A stretch of DNA of 64,000 nt from positions 4,000,001 through 4,064,000 of the forward strand of contig OZ220696.1 in assembly GCA_965116495.1 (NCBI GenBank). The letters run 5' to 3'. Source of the DNA: Gammaproteobacteria bacterium. Its GTDB lineage: Bacteria > Pseudomonadota > Gammaproteobacteria > Eutrophobiales > Eutrophobiaceae. A program made the position numbers and the translations under genes. The stretch's first letter is position 1. Each line of letters opens with the position of its first letter. The notes under the pieces were generated by a model. That model saw only the letters and a list, made by a program, of their open reading frames with translations. It had not been told where the DNA came from and did not search any database. Of the stretch, positions 1 to 9,295 are shown piece by piece.

Positions 1-766
1 GGATGTGCACCATGCCGGAGGCGTATCGATTATATTAAAAATACTACTGGATGGCGGATACCTGCATGGAGACTGCCTGACCATAGACGGCACAAGTTTA
101 ACTGAACAGCTTCGAGGTGCAGGAGAAGCCGACGGCCGGGTCGTCAGGCCGCTCACCGCCCCGTTGTCGACGGCCGGCGGCCACGTAGTGTTGAAAGGTA
201 ATCTTTGCCCTGACGGCGCGCTGCTGAAGGTTGCCGGCCTCAATTCGTTGTTCTTTGAAGGGCCTGCGCTTGTTTTTGAAAGCGAGGAGGAGTGTATGAA
301 GGCAGTCAGCCGGCAAACCCGTGTAGAGGGTTCTGTCATCGTGATTCGCAACGAAGGACCCAGGGGCGGGCCGGGCATGCGCGAAATGCTGGGTGTTACT
401 TCGTTGATTTATGGCAAGGGGCTTGGAGAGAAAATCGCATTATTGACTGACGGCCGGTTTTCCGGCGCGACACGGGGGATTTGTGTTGGACATATTGCCC
501 CCGAAGCGGCTGATGGCGGCGCTGTTGCGCTGATAAAAAATGGAGATCGAATTCGTATCGACATAAACAGGAGAACTCTCGATCTCCTGATATCCAATGA
601 TGAACGGCAGCGACGTGCTGAACAATGGCGCCCCCCCGATGATTCCCATCTGGCAGGCGTGTTGCAGAAATATGCAGCCCAGGTTGGTCCCGCACATCTC
701 GGCGCCGTTACCCATCGCGGCAACGTCCATTGGCCGGTGGAAGAGGTACAGGCTTATGACGGATAA
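1..766 (+). CDS. IlvD/Edd-family dehydratase, C-terminal part (5' end outside window)
   Basis: Motifs [36 protein letters not shown] and GHIAPEA are typical of dihydroxy-acid/sugar-acid dehydratases. Confidence 0.9.
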   Translation, partial: DVHHAGGVSIILKILLDGGYLHGDCLTIDGTSLTEQLRGAGEADGRVVRPLTAPLSTAGGHVVLKGNLCPDGALLKVAGLNSLFFEGPALVFESEEECMKAVSRQTRVEGSVIVIRNEGPRGGPGMREMLGVTSLIYGKGLGEKIALLTDGRFSGATRGICVGHIAPEAADGGAVALIKNGDRIRIDINRRTLDLLISNDERQRRAEQWRPPDDSHLAGVLQKYAAQVGPAHLGAVTHRGNVHWPVEEVQAYDG

Positions 767-1646
767 CACCACCCTGGGCTTTATCGGCACCGGCAAGATG
801 GGTAAGCCCATGGTGTTGCGTCTGCTTGATGCAGGACGGAGAGTGGTAGCGTATAACCGGAGCGCGGCAAAGCTTGAAGAACTTGGCGCTGCCGGCGCCC
901 GGATTGCCGACACCCCTGCTGAAGTAACGGCCAGTACCGATGTAGTTATGTTATGCCTGACTGATGGTGTTGCGGTAGAGCAGGTCGTACTTGGCGCCCA
1001 GGGAATTATCAAAACTGCCGGCGAAGACAAACTGGTGATCGATTTTTCCAGTATATCGCCTCAGGACACCCTGCGCATCGCAACGCAATTGCACCAGGAA
1101 ACAGGTATGCGCTGGATAGATGCCCCGGTATCGGGGGGTGTAAGTGGAGCGCAACAGGGCAAGCTGGTGATCATGTGCGGTGGTGAGAAAGCTGATGTTG
1201 ATTATGCCCGTCCTGTTTTTGCGCTGCTCAGCCAACGGATCACACACATGGGTCCGACCGGCTGCGGGCAGGCCACCAAGCTGTGTAACCAGGTGATTGT
1301 CAGTTGCAATCTCGCGGTGATCGCCGAGGCTATCAATCTTGCCAGCAATGCCGGGATCGATGCAGAGCGAATACCTGACGCGTTACAGGGTGGTTGGGCA
1401 GACTCCCTGCCGTTACAAATTTACGGACCGCGCATGGCGGCCGAACATGGCGCAGAGAAAATCGGTGAGATATATACCATGCTCAAGGATGTCAGGAATG
1501 CCTTGCAGTTTGCACAGTCCCTGGATACCCCGTTACCCATGACCGGCGCCGCGCAGGAAATTTATAACTTCGTCGCGGATAAGGGCTATTTACACGCAGA
1601 CGCCGAAAACCTGATGAGACAATTCGATAAAGAGGACGGGGATTGA
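756..1646 (+). CDS. NAD(P)-dependent beta-hydroxyacid dehydrogenase (3-hydroxyisobutyrate DH/GarR family)
   Basis: GFIGTGKMG Rossmann motif, DAPVSGG and KLCNQ. Start placed at ATG 756, overlapping the upstream gene end after an AGAGG RBS. Confidence 0.9.
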   Translation: MTDNTTLGFIGTGKMGKPMVLRLLDAGRRVVAYNRSAAKLEELGAAGARIADTPAEVTASTDVVMLCLTDGVAVEQVVLGAQGIIKTAGEDKLVIDFSSISPQDTLRIATQLHQETGMRWIDAPVSGGVSGAQQGKLVIMCGGEKADVDYARPVFALLSQRITHMGPTGCGQATKLCNQVIVSCNLAVIAEAINLASNAGIDAERIPDALQGGWADSLPLQIYGPRMAAEHGAEKIGEIYTMLKDVRNALQFAQSLDTPLPMTGAAQEIYNFVADKGYLHADAENLMRQFDKEDGD

Positions 1647-1659
1647 GTTATACACTGCC

Positions 1660-2430
1660 ATGCCCAGGTTTTCAGTCAATATCAGTATGATGTTCGGGGA
1701 GTTGCCGTTCCCGGATAGATTTGCCGCTGCCGCTGCTGCCGGTTTCACCGGCGTGGATATCCAGTTTCCCTACGATTATCCTGCTGCACAGCTTGCGGAT
1801 CGGGCCCGGGACGCAAATGTGTCCATTGTTCTCATTAATGCGCCCGGTGGCGATCAATCCCGTAAGGAACCCGGCATCGCCTGTCGATCCGAGCGGGTGG
1901 AGGAATTCAGGGAAGGCATCGGGATTGCGTGTGAGTACGCGCAAATCCTGCAGTGCTCGCGGGTCAACATCCTGGCCGGCAGGGCTGGCGGCGATCCCGA
2001 CGCGAACCATGCCACTTTAGTGGATAACCTTGCATATGGTTCGGATATGCTGGCCCGGATCAATGCCCGGGCATTAGTGGAACCGATCAACGGTATCGAT
2101 GTTCCCGGCTATGTTGTACAGACTACGGCAGGTGCGGTTGACTGCATCAGGGAAGTGCGGCGGGAAAACCTGAAATTGCAATTCGATATTTATCACCGCC
2201 ATGTGTCTGAAGGGAATGTAATCGATGCGTTTACGGAATTTGCTCCAATAATCAGTCATATACAGTTTGCCGACGCTCCCGGCCGGCACCAGCCCGGGAC
2301 GGGCGCCATCAATTTTTCCGATATCTTCGATAAAATTGACGAGAGCGGCTATTCGGGGTGGGTCGGAGCGGAGTATATACCCACTCACGATACGGTTGGC
2401 AGTCTCGATTGGTTCCGGGACCGGTCATAA
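1660..2430 (+). CDS. Hydroxypyruvate isomerase-family (Hyi/OtnI) TIM-barrel isomerase
   Basis: MPRFSVNISMMF start, EPIN, FDIYH, HIQFADAPGRHQPGTG and GAEY motifs. Confidence 0.9.
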   Translation: MPRFSVNISMMFGELPFPDRFAAAAAAGFTGVDIQFPYDYPAAQLADRARDANVSIVLINAPGGDQSRKEPGIACRSERVEEFREGIGIACEYAQILQCSRVNILAGRAGGDPDANHATLVDNLAYGSDMLARINARALVEPINGIDVPGYVVQTTAGAVDCIREVRRENLKLQFDIYHRHVSEGNVIDAFTEFAPIISHIQFADAPGRHQPGTGAINFSDIFDKIDESGYSGWVGAEYIPTHDTVGSLDWFRDRS

Positions 2431-2453
2431 CCAATGAACATGAGGGAATACGT

Positions 2454-3356
2454 ATGAAACTTGTTACTTTCACCCACTTGCAACGAACCCGCATCGGCGT
2501 TGTGGTTGACGATATGGTGGTCGACCTGTCACTCAGTGCGCCGGAATTGCCGCCGACCATGGTCGGGTTTCTTGAGGCAGGCGCGGCAGCGATGGAAAGA
2601 GCGAAATCCGTGTCAACAGGCACAACCGGCAAAATACCGCTGGCGGATGTACGGCTGGAAGCGCCTGTTCCCAATCCGGGGAAGTTTCTGGGTATCGGGG
2701 GTAATACAAAATCGCACCTTGAGGAAGTAAAAGCTGCCGGCATACCATTGAGATTTTCAGCCTATCAAACCTGGTTCAATAAACAGGTAACCTGCATTAA
2801 CGGGCCTTACGGTGATATTCACATGCCGGATGTGTCATCGGAACTGGATTATGAAGGGGAGATGGCCATGGTTATAGGCAAACGTTGCCGCAACGTCCCG
2901 AAGGAGGACGCGTATGGCGTAGTCGCAGGTTATACCATCTGCAATGATGTCAGCGTCCGTGACTGGCAGTTACGCGCGCCGACCACCACTCTCGGGAAAT
3001 CATTTGATACGCATGGCCCCGTCGGTCCATGGATTGTGACAACGGACGAAATACCGGACCCCCATAATCTGGCACTGAAAACATGGGTCAATGGAGAAAT
3101 CCGGATGGACGGCAGGACCGATGAGTTCCTGCACAACTGTGACGAAATGATCGCTGAGCTATCGTCCGTGTTTACCCTGGAGCCGGGCGATATCCTCACC
3201 ACCGGTTCGCCGGCAGGCGTTGGCGCATTGATGGACCCGCCACAATTCCTGGCGGTCGGGGACGTTGTGCGCGTTGAGGTGGAAGGTATCGGCGTGATCG
3301 AGAACAGGGTAATACCAGCGCCGCGAGATTATGTTTACAAACCCCTGGTGAGATGA
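2454..3356 (+). CDS. Fumarylacetoacetate hydrolase (FAH) family protein
   Basis: LDYEGE, NDVSVRDWQ, GKSFDT and GDILTTGSPAGVG motifs. ATG 2454 follows GAGGGA. Confidence 0.9.
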   Translation: MKLVTFTHLQRTRIGVVVDDMVVDLSLSAPELPPTMVGFLEAGAAAMERAKSVSTGTTGKIPLADVRLEAPVPNPGKFLGIGGNTKSHLEEVKAAGIPLRFSAYQTWFNKQVTCINGPYGDIHMPDVSSELDYEGEMAMVIGKRCRNVPKEDAYGVVAGYTICNDVSVRDWQLRAPTTTLGKSFDTHGPVGPWIVTTDEIPDPHNLALKTWVNGEIRMDGRTDEFLHNCDEMIAELSSVFTLEPGDILTTGSPAGVGALMDPPQFLAVGDVVRVEVEGIGVIENRVIPAPRDYVYKPLVR

Positions 3357-4453
3357 GTTCAACGATTGGTACGATGCGTGCGGTAAAGGTCGAACGCTAC
3401 GGTCCGGCAGAAGATGTATTGGTACTTTCAACAGATACGCCTGTCCCACAACCCGCTGATGATGAAATCCTGGTAAAAGTCCATGCTACAGCGATTAATC
3501 CGGTGGATTGCGTGGCGCGTAACGGATACGGCCGGAACATTTTCTCAACGCTCTGGGGAGAACTGCCGCTGATCCTGGGCAGGGACATCTCCGGCGTCGT
3601 GACGGACATTGGCCGCAATGTATCGCAGTTTTCTCCGGGCGATGAGGTCTATGCAGCGCCCCATATCGGCTGCTATGCGGAGTACGCAACAGTCAAGGCT
3701 GAACGTGCCGCCTTGAAGCCCCGTAATATCAGCCACCGGGAAGCTGCATCCCTGCCGTTTGTTGCGCTTACGACCTGGACGGCCCTGGTCGATAAGGCAG
3801 GCCTGAATGCCGGCAACTGTGCCGGCCGCAAAATTGTAATAGCCCGGGCAGCCGGTGGAGTAGGGAGCTTCGCAGTGCAGTTAATGAAGGCATGGGGAGC
3901 CCATGTCGCGGGTATTTGCAGTACGCGCAATGTAGAACTGGTAAAAAGCCTGGGGGCTGATGAAGTCGTTGATTATGGTAAGCAGGATTTTACCGAAGTG
4001 CTGGGTGACTTTGATGCCGCGTTTGACACTATCGGCAAGCCAGGTGATTTTGAAGCTATGAACGGCAAAGGTCACATAAAAGAGGTCGAAGACGACTTCG
4101 ACGAAAAGTTGCTCAGTGTTCTGAAACAGAATGCCGACGCGGCATACGTTACTATCTGCTCACCGAAAATGGTGCTTACAGACCGGTATGGTCTGGAAGA
4201 AGGCATCCGCATCGCTGACAAACTATTCCAACAGCGTGCTGAGCCACAGCGACAACTCGGACGACGCTATTTCTGGTCTTTTTTTAATCCCAATGGCCAG
4301 GCGCTGGCGGAAATTGCCGGTCTGATTGAAGCGAACAAGATTCGTCCGGTGATTGACAGGGTTTACGCTCTGGAAGACATGGTTGCCGCCCACAATTACT
4401 GTGAGACCGGCCTGGCACAGGGGAAGATCGTAATTGATATCAGCGGTGACTGA
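3353..4453 (+). CDS. NADPH:quinone reductase-like (zinc-free MDR) oxidoreductase
   Basis: INPVD, LGRDISG, AAGGVG and GKIVI motifs; overlaps the FAH stop by 4 nt (ATGA). Confidence 0.85.
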   Translation: MSSTIGTMRAVKVERYGPAEDVLVLSTDTPVPQPADDEILVKVHATAINPVDCVARNGYGRNIFSTLWGELPLILGRDISGVVTDIGRNVSQFSPGDEVYAAPHIGCYAEYATVKAERAALKPRNISHREAASLPFVALTTWTALVDKAGLNAGNCAGRKIVIARAAGGVGSFAVQLMKAWGAHVAGICSTRNVELVKSLGADEVVDYGKQDFTEVLGDFDAAFDTIGKPGDFEAMNGKGHIKEVEDDFDEKLLSVLKQNADAAYVTICSPKMVLTDRYGLEEGIRIADKLFQQRAEPQRQLGRRYFWSFFNPNGQALAEIAGLIEANKIRPVIDRVYALEDMVAAHNYCETGLAQGKIVIDISGD

Positions 4454-4524
4454 TACCGATTATAGTTACGGAAGCTCTGACTTATTCAGAGGTTCCTTAT
4501 CCAATTCACACCAAGGTATTAACA

Positions 4525-5133
4525 ATGGAAAAATTTAAAGCAAAACTGGCAGTTCCTGCCAAACAACGGGGTAAAATCGCCCCGATTAGAATGTCCCATA
4601 TCGTGATCAATACCCATCCCGGCAATTACGAGAATATGGTTGACTGGTATATGAAAGTGTTTGAAGCGGAGATTGCTTACGCCAATGACGATGTTGCATT
4701 TCTCGGGTTTGATGAAGAACATCATCGCATCGCCATCGCGTCGGTGCCGCACGTAGTCAAACCACGGGATCAGTCCTGGGGACTGAATCATTTTGCCTTT
4801 ACTATGGAAGACCTTGAGCAGTTATTATTTACCTATGAACGTCTGAAAAGCGAAGGTATTGAACCGTATTGGCCAATTCTTCATGGTCCTACGACATCTT
4901 TATATTATAAGGACCCTGATCTGAACCGCGTGGAATTGCTGTGCGACAACCTTTCCGGTGAAGAGTTACTGGAGTTTTTCACGTCCGGCGCCTTTGACGA
5001 GAATTTCATGGGAATCATATTTGACCCGGATGAAATGTGCGCACAACTGAAGGCCGGCGTTCCCAAAGAGGAACTGACAAGCCGGGACAAGTTGCCGGAA
5101 GGAAAGACGCCATGGGATATGTATCGTGAATAA
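4525..5133 (+). CDS. VOC/glyoxalase-family protein (extradiol dioxygenase-like fold)
   Basis: SHIVI, DEEHHRIA, GLNHFAF and HGPTTSLYYKDPDLNRVEL motifs. Confidence 0.85.
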   Translation: MEKFKAKLAVPAKQRGKIAPIRMSHIVINTHPGNYENMVDWYMKVFEAEIAYANDDVAFLGFDEEHHRIAIASVPHVVKPRDQSWGLNHFAFTMEDLEQLLFTYERLKSEGIEPYWPILHGPTTSLYYKDPDLNRVELLCDNLSGEELLEFFTSGAFDENFMGIIFDPDEMCAQLKAGVPKEELTSRDKLPEGKTPWDMYRE

Positions 5134-5134
5134 C

Positions 5135-5293
5135 AGAGGCCGGGGCGTGGCGGTGGTCCAGTTTGTTGGTGATTATGAGAAGGCGGAGGAAGAGCGGGAA
5201 TTCATGCGCGCGGTAGTCGCGGGTCTTTCGGACCTGGAGGCAGGGCGTGAAGTATCCCTCGACGATGCCAGGGCGCGACTTGGCCTGATATAA
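5135..5293 (+). pseudogene. C-terminal fragment of a Phd/YefM-family antitoxin
   Basis: Reads RGRGVAVVQFVGDYEKAEEEREFMRAVVAGLSDLEAGREVSLDDARARLGLI*. The N-terminal part is absent and no toxin follows. Not in the ORF track. Confidence 0.7.
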
Positions 5294-5354
5294 CCTCACT
5301 GTTAATTTGATTGAATCGAGTCACCATTTTCATGGTGGCCGGAACAACGCAATC

Positions 5355-6473
5355 TCAACAGAACACCGTCAATACACCCGTGTACCCGTACAACCTGTTA
5401 TGGAAAATCTCCCCGTTGGCAAAAAAACCCACCAGGGGCAGGTCGCCCAGTTCGGCGCGGATCAGGTTCAGCTCTTCGGAGTCGGGGCCGAACTGGTAAC
5501 GGCCGCGGCCTGTGCAGGAGTAATAGACCGCTCCCCGGGGGGATGAGCTCATTCTGCCCTTGATGTCGGTCAGCATACGCTGCATGTCCTGCCTGGCGGT
5601 ATTGCCGTCGCGCCGGCAGAACATGACCTCGCTGCCTTCCGTGAGCAGTTGGCCCACGCCGAGGAGCCGGTTGGTTTCATCGATGCCGACCAGGTTGCGT
5701 ACTATGTAATCACTGGTATCGGAGCCGGGGATCGGGAAACCGGCGAATATGTAACCCGCCACCCGCTGCAGGTCCCTGGCTATCACTTCTCCCACGTCTT
5801 CCTTGAATACGTCCAGGGCAGGCCTATTGTCCAGTTCGATGACGATATTGCGCTCGCAGGTGGTGATGACGTGCCTGGAAGTAAAGGGCGTGCAGCCCTG
5901 AGTATGGCCTGTCGCCACGGGCACCTCGCTGGAGAACAGGACGCCGGATATGCCGCCGGATACGACGTTGTCGGCCACCTGTACATTCACGTCTGCGGAC
6001 GAACTCAGGCCACCTACGAAGAAAGCGTTGGGCACGTATTGCGCCAGGGACGAAATCAATGACGGCACCTGCATGTTGCCGGGGTCGCAGTGCAGGATGC
6101 CGAAGTAAAACTCATCGTTTTTCAGCCATTCACCGGCGCTGGTGATGAATCCGTCTATATCCCCGGTTTGTACTGGCAAGGTCCTGAACGCGGTATCGGG
6201 AAATTCCGCGAGCATGATGGTCAGGGCCGGCTGATCATAATATTCCTGCCCGGTGGCGCTCACCCCCAGGCCGACACTGCCGGACCAGTGTGTGACGCCG
6301 GTACGTTGCCGGAGGGTATCCAATATGATGTCGAGCTTCGGGATAAGGGTATGGGTGGCGTAGATAAAACCGAAGTTCGCGGAGTCGGGGACCTGGCCGA
6401 CCTGGTCCAGGCAATCTTTCACCAGTTGCCTGGGCGCCTGGTTACTGCTGTGTCCTGTCAGAAACTGTTGCAT
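5355..6473 (-). CDS. FIST N/C-domain sensor protein (NosP-like)
   Basis: QGCTP, ELDNRPAL, SCTGRG, LVGFFANGEI and YGYTGV motifs. Start at 6473 or 6488. Confidence 0.88.
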   Translation of the reverse strand: MQQFLTGHSSNQAPRQLVKDCLDQVGQVPDSANFGFIYATHTLIPKLDIILDTLRQRTGVTHWSGSVGLGVSATGQEYYDQPALTIMLAEFPDTAFRTLPVQTGDIDGFITSAGEWLKNDEFYFGILHCDPGNMQVPSLISSLAQYVPNAFFVGGLSSSADVNVQVADNVVSGGISGVLFSSEVPVATGHTQGCTPFTSRHVITTCERNIVIELDNRPALDVFKEDVGEVIARDLQRVAGYIFAGFPIPGSDTSDYIVRNLVGIDETNRLLGVGQLLTEGSEVMFCRRDGNTARQDMQRMLTDIKGRMSSSPRGAVYYSCTGRGRYQFGPDSEELNLIRAELGDLPLVGFFANGEIFHNRLYGYTGVLTVFC

Positions 6474-6882
6474 CGGTGGTTTTATCATTTGCGACCGGCA
6501 TTTTGTCCGTATCGGGTTGTATTGGCGCTGGGCTTATCCTTCCCTTACGCGTGCGTGTTGTGTTGTTGGCAATGCCGTAGTGCCGGGCGAGGTAATCGAT
6601 AATTACCGTCTCGGCCGCGCCGAGGTCCCATAAGCCGTGTTCCGCCTGCATCAGGCGGATGGTGTCTTCCCAGCCCTCTCTGTCCATCCTGTTCTGGGTC
6701 ACCAGTTTGGCTGAATGGCAAGCAGTGCAGTGTGCATTGGTCAGCTTCCAGCCGCCATCGATAACGAAACCGCTGGCCTGGTCCCGGGGTTTGTCTTCGG
6801 CAAGAGAAGTACAAGGAGCCGCCAGGACGGAAACAAGCAAGACACATACGGTCAGGTAACGAAAACAGCGATACGGTGGCAT
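6442..6882 (-). CDS. Periplasmic monoheme cytochrome c, SorB-like
   Basis: Signal peptide and a single CTACH heme motif; directly downstream of the Mo enzyme. Confidence 0.8.
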   Translation of the reverse strand: MPPYRCFRYLTVCVLLVSVLAAPCTSLAEDKPRDQASGFVIDGGWKLTNAHCTACHSAKLVTQNRMDREGWEDTIRLMQAEHGLWDLGAAETVIIDYLARHYGIANNTTRTRKGRISPAPIQPDTDKMPVANDKTTDATVSDRTQQ

Positions 6883-8153
6883 GAGTTGTTCAGGTACCCT
6901 TTCGGGTTCCAGCCGGGGATGACCATGGGTTGGGATGCCCCGTTTGAATCCACTGCCCGCGCCCAGACTTCATAGTAGCCCGTTGCAGGAAACCTTATCT
7001 CAGCATCCCAGTTCTGCCAGGCGAGCCGGTTCGCGGGAACCTGCAGGCCGGCCTGGCGCCAGGTGCGGCCGAAATCTATGGACAGATGTAATCCGGCAAC
7101 TTCCATGTCACCCGCCCAGGCATGGCCATGTACTGCCAGCGGTTGTTGCAGTGGGATTTTTGCGCCGTTCTGCGGAGAGGTTATCAACGATTTGATCGGC
7201 ATTGCTTCGATAATACACATGTCTTCATCCGCTACTTTTGTCCCCGGCGCGACCGGGTCGCAGGGCATGCGGTAGGACTTGCCCGTCATTTTCGGGCCAT
7301 CGTGGACGATGTTGCGGATGGCAATCCGCTCCAGCCATTTCCCGGAGGTTGAACCCGGCCATCCACCGAACACCAGGCGTAACGGAAAGCCGTTCATTCC
7401 GTGCAACGGTTCGCCGTTCATGCCCCAGGCGATCAGGGATTCCCCCTCCAGCGCCTTACTCATGGGTACGCCGCGGGAAATGGGTAGTTTACCCGGCTGC
7501 CCGCTCAGGTGAGCGTCAGCGCCGTAATAGCCGATATACACGGCATCGTCTTTAATCCCCGCGTCCTCCAGCACGTCCCTGAGCCGGACGCCGTTCCATT
7601 CCGGGCAGCCCACCGCACCCAGGGTCCACTGGTTGCCGGACGCGGGCGGGTCGAACTCGGCCCTGCCGTTACCGCCGCATTCGAGGGTTAATTGCAGGGT
7701 ATGGTTTTCAAAGCGCTGTTCCAGATCAGCGATAGTATAGGTTTTCGTCGTCCCAGCAGATTCGCCGTCGATGGTCAGGCTCCAGGTGTCAGGATCAACA
7801 CTACCTGGAGGAATACCGTTATTCCTGATAAATAACCGCTCGATGGGCGTAATATCGTCATTCAGTAAATGGGCCGGGGTCTCTGCGTTAAGAGGGCGGT
7901 CATTCAGCACCCGCAGGCCGTTTTTCCCTTCGATGACAAACGCCTCTTCAGTATCGGCGAAGACTGCCGGGATCAGTCCTGCCGGCATGGTGTGGTGATA
8001 GACTATTCCGGCACCGATGACGCCGGTTATACCGGCCAGTCCCTTAACGAAGCCACGGCGGGTCAGCGGGTCGGAGCGCCTGCCCCACAGCAGGTAATCC
8101 GCTCTTTCCGGATCAAGCCTGAACAATTCATGAATGCCGGTTTCTTTTTTCAT
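6852..8153 (-). CDS. Tat-exported sulfite oxidase-family molybdoenzyme (SorA/SorT-like)
   Basis: TRRGFVKG Tat motif, NAETP, LECGGNGR (Mo-ligand Cys), GFPLRL, SGKWL and C-terminal WNPKGYLNN. Start is likely ATG 8153. Confidence 0.9.
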   Translation of the reverse strand: MKKETGIHELFRLDPERADYLLWGRRSDPLTRRGFVKGLAGITGVIGAGIVYHHTMPAGLIPAVFADTEEAFVIEGKNGLRVLNDRPLNAETPAHLLNDDITPIERLFIRNNGIPPGSVDPDTWSLTIDGESAGTTKTYTIADLEQRFENHTLQLTLECGGNGRAEFDPPASGNQWTLGAVGCPEWNGVRLRDVLEDAGIKDDAVYIGYYGADAHLSGQPGKLPISRGVPMSKALEGESLIAWGMNGEPLHGMNGFPLRLVFGGWPGSTSGKWLERIAIRNIVHDGPKMTGKSYRMPCDPVAPGTKVADEDMCIIEAMPIKSLITSPQNGAKIPLQQPLAVHGHAWAGDMEVAGLHLSIDFGRTWRQAGLQVPANRLAWQNWDAEIRFPATGYYEVWARAVDSNGASQPMVIPGWNPKGYLNNSCHRIAVFVT

Positions 8154-8249
8154 GACACAACCCGCTCGTTCTTTGAATTTCGTGGTTGAAAAATAATCAT
8201 GCATCATTAACACTATCCTTTCCAGTTAATTTTATGCGAGGCGCCAACC

Positions 8250-8705
8250 ATGAGTAATCCAAGAATGCCGGAAAACGTGCCTGATTTCGTTACGGAGCAC
8301 CTGGGCCGCTATCTTGACAGTAACGGGGAAGACGGACACATGTGGAATTCAGCGGGGTTGGGAGATCATGGTGAATGCCCCGCCTTGCTGTTGACAACCA
8401 TCGGGCGACGGTCAGGACAACCCATCATTACCCCGCTGATCTATGGCGAAGCCGGCGGCGCGTATGTCGTCGTAGCATCGAAAGGCGGCGCGCCGACCCA
8501 TCCGCACTGGTACCTGAACCTGGATGCCAATCCTGAAGTAGAAGTACAGATACGCGCCGAACGGTTCAAAGCCAGGGCCAGGACAGCGGCAGGAGACGAA
8601 CGCGCGCAACTGTGGGATATGATGCTTCCCATATACCCGACCTACACGGAACTGCAGGGCAGGACGGAGCGTGAGATTCCGGTAGTAGTCCTGGAAAAGG
8701 AATAG
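8250..8705 (+). CDS. Deazaflavin (F420)-dependent nitroreductase, Ddn/FDOR-A family
   Basis: LLLTTIGRRSG, VVASKGGAPTHPHWYLNLDANP and REIPVVVL motifs. Confidence 0.9.
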   Translation: MSNPRMPENVPDFVTEHLGRYLDSNGEDGHMWNSAGLGDHGECPALLLTTIGRRSGQPIITPLIYGEAGGAYVVVASKGGAPTHPHWYLNLDANPEVEVQIRAERFKARARTAAGDERAQLWDMMLPIYPTYTELQGRTEREIPVVVLEKE

Positions 8706-8751
8706 ATCCGTATGTACAAGGGTCATTTCCCAACCTGTCAGGACAGGTAAC

Positions 8752-9018
8752 ATGACCACTGTCAATGAGAGCGCCGAGACATCCCTGGATGCGGCTGCGG
8801 GTATTGAGACTACCTACGCCATATCCGTTGGCGATACGTTCAACGGTATTCTTGACCGCAAGTTCGATGAAGACTGGGTAGGGATAGAACTGGAGCGGGG
8901 AAAAACCTACCGGATTACCCTATTGGGCCGCGGGACCGCCCCCGACAAGGCCGAAGACACCATCCTGCTTGAGGGTTTCGATATTGCCAACCTGGATGCG
9001 ACGGATTTTCTGTTCTGA
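8752..9018 (+). pseudogene. Internally deleted secreted RTX/serralysin-type protein (half PPC-like domain fused to type I secretion tail)
   Basis: N-part DAAAGIETTYAISVGDTFNG..DEDWVGIEL..GKTYRITL resembles a PPC domain; it ends abruptly in TILLEGFDIANLDATDFLF, an RTX-like C-terminus. Confidence 0.6.
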
Positions 9019-9082
9019 GCGGGGCCGGCATCCGCGTCGCGGATGGACTCCGTAACGCATTATCTGTGCTAGTATAGGGGTT

Positions 9083-9193
9083 GCGGCCTGTGCTGGTCTC
9101 CCCGCGGCGCGAAGTTGTGAACCCCGTCAGGCCCGGAAGGGAGCAGCGGTAACAATGGATGCGGGCGCCGGGCCAAGAACAGTATGGGTCGCC
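9083..9193 (+). ncRNA. ffs: SRP RNA (4.5S)
   Basis: Domain IV TCAGGCCCGGAAGGGAGCAGC at about 9127-9147, ends pair (GCGGCCTGTGCTG/CAGTATGGGTCGC), located upstream of dnaX. Confidence 0.92.
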
Positions 9194-9295
9194 TTATATC
9201 TTCGTGACAGGGGAGGCTTGTTGAAGGTACCGTGTGCGCCTTGTCAACCGGACTGTTTTTATATACCGAATTGAAACATTACTACACGCTTATCA

